From Spirochaetota bacterium (GTDB taxonomy: Bacteria > Spirochaetota > UBA4802 > UBA5550), in assembly GCA_963664815.2 (NCBI GenBank), contig CAXXHB010000003.1, forward strand, positions 992,001 to 1,056,000: a stretch of DNA of 64,000 bases, in the 5' to 3' direction. The notes under the pieces were generated by a model. That model worked only from the letters and a program-made list of their open reading frames with translations. It did no database searches and was not told the origin of the DNA. The position numbers were made by a program, and so were the translations under genes. Positions 60,132 to 64,000 of this stretch are shown here, piece by piece; within the stretch, counting starts at the first letter, position 1; the number at the start of each line of letters is the position of its first letter.

Positions 60132-61268
60132 ATGAAACAGATATCGTTTGAAGAGATTGCCGATGTTATAAGCGGGCTTTCAGGAAAAACCGGAAACCAG
60201 CTGGATTTTATTCTGGAGAAGATGATGGCCGAGCAGCCGGCTATTGTAGATTTTCTCTATCAGCCTGGAGACCTGGAGGAGAGGGAGCAGTCGATACTCA
60301 TATATACGGCGCAGATAGGGTGGTTTATCATTAAAAAAGTTCTGAAGAAAAATGCCCTGGTCAGCGAGGAGTTTCTTTATGAGCAGCTGTCAAGAAATGA
60401 AATTCTTTACCGTGACAGTGTATACAACAGCAGTAAAGATGATGACGAAATCAGCGTGGTTTTTCACCAGGGTAACAGCCAGCCTTACCTTATGGATTAC
60501 CTTGTGAAGCTTATTTCGGAACATCTCCCCGGCACAGATGACCCGGTTAGGGGTGAACTGGTTCCCAATCTTGTAATTGACGTTAAAACTGTGGTCGACT
60601 GTCTTGTGCTTGATGAAAAAAAGGTGATGGCGGAAACCTGTGACGCGGCATATTCGGAGGAGAGTTTCAGTAAAGTGAAGGAATCACTGGCAGTTTATTT
60701 CAGTGAGTTTAAAAAAAGCCGCTTCTATATAAAACTGGGGCAAAAAGAGAAAAATGAGGCGGAGCTTGTAGTATCGATATTCGGTGAAATGATGTATAAC
60801 TATTTTCTGCAGATGCCGCTGAACTGGACTGCCCGGCGTTCACTGGAGTGCTGTATAGGATTAATGCCGCGCAAGGTTGTGGCCAATGAAAACTTTTTCT
60901 ATTCAGTTGAACCTGTACTTCGGGCTTTTATGCTCTTCTGTGCGGAGAATGGTTATGTAGCGGATGCTGAAAATATCGAGCGAAGGCTCTGCGAGGTTAC
61001 TGAGGATCTGCTCCTTGAATCGGACAATCCGGAAAGCTGGGGTATCGGGAAGCCGATTTTTAAAAATGGTAAAACCGGAGAGAAGAAAAAAACAGTAAAG
61101 GGGAAATCGGGCGGTAAAGGTGATATCGGGAAGAAAACAGCCGGTAAGGCTAAACCGGCTGTGAAGGATGATGAAACCGGGAAGATCGTTAAACCGGTGA
61201 AAGATACAAGGTCAGCCGGAGGTGTAAAACCGGTAAAGAAAATAACAAAAGTAAAAAAAGAAGTCTGA
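60132..61268 (+). CDS. Hypothetical protein with a Lys-rich C-terminal tail
   Basis: Long ORF; ATG 60132 after AAGGG; tail with KPVK repeats. Confidence 0.7.
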   Translation: MKQISFEEIADVISGLSGKTGNQLDFILEKMMAEQPAIVDFLYQPGDLEEREQSILIYTAQIGWFIIKKVLKKNALVSEEFLYEQLSRNEILYRDSVYNSSKDDDEISVVFHQGNSQPYLMDYLVKLISEHLPGTDDPVRGELVPNLVIDVKTVVDCLVLDEKKVMAETCDAAYSEESFSKVKESLAVYFSEFKKSRFYIKLGQKEKNEAELVVSIFGEMMYNYFLQMPLNWTARRSLECCIGLMPRKVVANENFFYSVEPVLRAFMLFCAENGYVADAENIERRLCEVTEDLLLESDNPESWGIGKPIFKNGKTGEKKKTVKGKSGGKGDIGKKTAGKAKPAVKDDETGKIVKPVKDTRSAGGVKPVKKITKVKKEV

Positions 61269-61354
61269 TCCTGCGGCACGTGTGAAGAATAAACAGGTTA
61301 TGCATTGTAAATTAATTTGACATATTACTTCGAATCTTTTTAGTTTGCATCACA

Positions 61355-61741
61355 ATGAAAACAAACATGAAATATAAGGCTCAGATGCATGATCTTAAAA
61401 AGAACAGGGAGCAGTATTTTCCCCTGATGGAAGTTCTTCTCTATGCAGAGAACAGAATCGATAAAAACGACCCACCTGTGGAGATCAGGGATATAAGTCA
61501 GATAGCCCTTATTATGGAACTTATTGATATTGGCTATCTTGACAAGGATACATTTATAATAAATAAAAACCGCAGGGACATTACCGGCATGTTTTATAAA
61601 GGTGATTACCCCCTGACCGAAGCCGGGGCAAAGGTATATCGTCAGCATCTCCATGAAAGGAGAATCAGGTATATCCAGGGGTTTATGCTTCTGGTTCTGG
61701 TGCTTCTTGGCATGGTTGTATTTTATATTATGTTTAAATAG
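61355..61741 (+). CDS. Hypothetical protein with a C-terminal TM helix
   Basis: 128 aa; LIDIGY..PLTEAG wHTH-like segment; hydrophobic tail. Confidence 0.6.
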   Translation: MKTNMKYKAQMHDLKKNREQYFPLMEVLLYAENRIDKNDPPVEIRDISQIALIMELIDIGYLDKDTFIINKNRRDITGMFYKGDYPLTEAGAKVYRQHLHERRIRYIQGFMLLVLVLLGMVVFYIMFK

Positions 61742-61772
61742 AAAATATATTATGTTTAAACAGGTAATATTA

Positions 61773-63164
61773 TCATTGCCGGTCATTTTTCCCTGTAACA
61801 AGGTATGTGTTTATAGCGATCTCCTTCCCTTTAAGCTTAAGATCCCCCCTCGGTTTTAAAAAATAACTGCTTCTTACGTCATCGCTCTTTGCCGTATATT
61901 CAGATATCAGAATTTCATCCCGGCCGGCTACCGATTCAAGCCTTGCCGCCGTATTGACGTTGTCGCCTATGACAGTAAAGTCACGCATATCCGCAGAGCC
62001 GACATCGCCCTGCATCACCTCGCCGGTATGAATACCGATGCCTATATGAAGGTTCTCAAAATCAGCCCTCTCCTCATTCATTCTCTTCTGGATCGCCAGG
62101 GCGGCATCAATTGCTGCGGAGGGGGCATTGAATACTGCCATAACCTCATCTCCGACAAACTTGTCAACATCCCCGCCGGTATTCTGTATTATCTCCGATT
62201 GAAGCGAAAGGATTTTATTCAGCGAACTGATTACAGCTGCCGGGTCCCTCGATTCCGAATAGGTTGTAAAGCCCCTTATATCTGAAAAAAAGAGTGTAAG
62301 GACTTTCCGTGTTGTCCGGTGTCCGCCGCTGTCCCCCAGCGAATCTTTTACCGCCTTTATGGTTCCCTGCGAAACGTAATTATACAGCCTGAATTTTTCC
62401 TTCAGTCCCTGCACCATTTCATTAAACCTCTGTGCAAGGAGTCCGAATTCATCTTTCGATCCTTCATGAAGCACTATTTCAAGGTTGCCGTCTCCGACCT
62501 TCTCCATGGCGCTGGTTACTTTCAAAACCGGTTTTATTACGGTACTTCTCATGGTGATGAGAAGTACGCCTAGCAGGCCGGCAAGGAGCGTCAGCGCTAT
62601 GATGATGGCGCCTGTTTCAATGGCGGTATACTGAGCCTCAAGCAGCGTTATGCTCTGAGCAAAATCGAGTTTAACCTCGATTACCATCGGAGAACCTTCG
62701 GCGGAGGTGAAATAAGAGACTACATCGATATCCCTGGAGATATTTCCGTCTTTATCTTTATTTGTTTCCTCAACTGTCTCCATATTTTTCTTTGAGAAAG
62801 CTTCGCGTATATCATCATGGGCAGCGTAGCTTGCCCCCTTTTCACTTTCGGGAAACGAAGCCGTAACTGTGTAATCCGGTTTTATAAGAAGAATTTTTTT
62901 TAACTCAAACCCCTTGCTTTCATCCGAAATATGTTTGGCAATATTGAAATCTGAATTTATATGTCTGATAATATCTTCGCCCGAGGCTTCTTCCATTGAT
63001 GCGCTTACTCTGTGCTGAAGAAACATCGTTATATTCTCAGCCTGTTTCTTCATCATCTTCGTCGACAGACTATCAAGCACAAAGGTTAATCCGTAGATAA
63101 CAACAAAAATATTTAAAACCAGCATTAACGCAAATATTACCGATACCTTTACTCTTAATTTCAT
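61773..63164 (-). CDS. Membrane adenylate/guanylate cyclase (class III) with HAMP
   Basis: FSDIRGFT, DKFVGDEVM, GIGIHTG, TVIGDNVNTAARLE. Confidence 0.93.
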   Translation of the reverse strand: MKLRVKVSVIFALMLVLNIFVVIYGLTFVLDSLSTKMMKKQAENITMFLQHRVSASMEEASGEDIIRHINSDFNIAKHISDESKGFELKKILLIKPDYTVTASFPESEKGASYAAHDDIREAFSKKNMETVEETNKDKDGNISRDIDVVSYFTSAEGSPMVIEVKLDFAQSITLLEAQYTAIETGAIIIALTLLAGLLGVLLITMRSTVIKPVLKVTSAMEKVGDGNLEIVLHEGSKDEFGLLAQRFNEMVQGLKEKFRLYNYVSQGTIKAVKDSLGDSGGHRTTRKVLTLFFSDIRGFTTYSESRDPAAVISSLNKILSLQSEIIQNTGGDVDKFVGDEVMAVFNAPSAAIDAALAIQKRMNEERADFENLHIGIGIHTGEVMQGDVGSADMRDFTVIGDNVNTAARLESVAGRDEILISEYTAKSDDVRSSYFLKPRGDLKLKGKEIAINTYLVTGKNDRQ

Positions 63165-63677
63165 TTTCTGAACTCCAGGAAAATCCGATAACCACTACGC
63201 CAAAATATACAATAACCAGCGTATTCTGCAAACAATTAATCTGCCGGTTTGTTGAATAAAAAGAGAATATTCCCGATACTCAATCAATGATATACTGATA
63301 CCGCGAAGCGCAGCGGCTGTATAAGCTGCGTGACCGGTTAACATACCGGTGTACGGTCACAGTGTATATGGAAATGCTCTATTGTGTACCTGCTGCGTGA
63401 TTCCGCCCGCCGGGGCTTTATTTTATAACATATGGTATATGGTGTGCGGGTGAATTACTTATTTTCATTCACACTGGACTGAGTGTGAATGTTTATTTTT
63501 TAACGTTACATTTTTGATAGTTAAGAGAATTAAATATCAAAAAGCATGCGCAATGTCGGATTATCGGAGTACTGCAAAATCTATTTTTTATTATTTTAAA
63601 AAATATTTTGTGGCATTTTTTTTCGTTATATGTGAGTATAGTAATAGTTTGGATTTAACATCAACCTCCGGAGTTCT

Positions 63678-64000
63678 ATGGACAGCATCACTAAAAAGAA
63701 AATACTTCTTGTTGAAGATGATAATATTATAGCTTTTTCCCAGGCAAAGTTTTTAAGAGAGAAAGGTTTTGAAGTGGTTACTTTCCCTTCGGGAGAGGAG
63801 GGTGTAGAGTATGCCGCCTCGGGAGCTGTTTTTGATCTTGTGCTTATGGACATTGACCTTGGAAAGGGGATTGACGGGATTCTTGCAGCAGAGAAGATCA
63901 CCGGTATAATCGATGTGCCTGTCGTTTTCCTCACAGCCTTCAGCGATGAAGATACAATACGCAGGGTTAACGGTGTGGCGCGGTATGGCTACGTTGTAAA
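63678..64000 (+). CDS. Response-regulator receiver domain protein (runs off the window end)
   Basis: Hand translation MDSITKKKILLVEDDNIIA...DLVLMDIDLGKGIDG...PVVFLTA. Confidence 0.85.
   Translation, partial: MDSITKKKILLVEDDNIIAFSQAKFLREKGFEVVTFPSGEEGVEYAASGAVFDLVLMDIDLGKGIDGILAAEKITGIIDVPVVFLTAFSDEDTIRRVNGVARYGYVV

Noticed and set aside
63300-63420. GC-rich hairpins (GTGACCG...CGGTCAC) upstream of the cyclase as a riboswitch
   Set aside because: No recognisable aptamer consensus.

Overview
AT-rich bacterial chromosome segment. The many SpoIIE/PP2C and adenylate-cyclase sensors plus a futalosine pathway suggest a free-living spirochaete or deltaproteobacterium-like organism (inference only). 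The left 39 kb is mostly housekeeping and signalling: a cold-shock gene, TPP riboswitch-thiM, the futalosine menaquinone cluster (mqnEAC facing mqnD/nucleosidase), hybrid kinases, mutS2, a Wsp-like chemosensory operon, an AraC-GyrI regulator and an acetyl-CoA hydrolase/transferase. From about 39.4 to 59 kb is an accessory defence region: a WYL regulator and a complete type I-B CRISPR-Cas operon (cas6-cas8b-cas7-cas5-cas3-cas4-cas1-cas2). The operon carries a RAYT-type HUH transposase with its palindromic REPs between cas6 and cas8, and an MNT-HEPN toxin-antitoxin pair between cas3 and cas4. A CRISPR array follows (29-bp repeat, about 76 spacers, about 58 unique by manual count), then AT-rich orphan ORFs and an IS3 element. 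Most notable signals: a 48-bp element shared by the WYL and cas6 upstream regions; REP palindromes inside the RAYT gene and, decayed and in frame, inside cas6; an internal Cas11 start in cas8; spacer pairs differing only at synonymous positions; and an apparent intragenic promoter in the AraC-GyrI gene. All calls come from reading the sequence and recognising motifs; no database searches were run.
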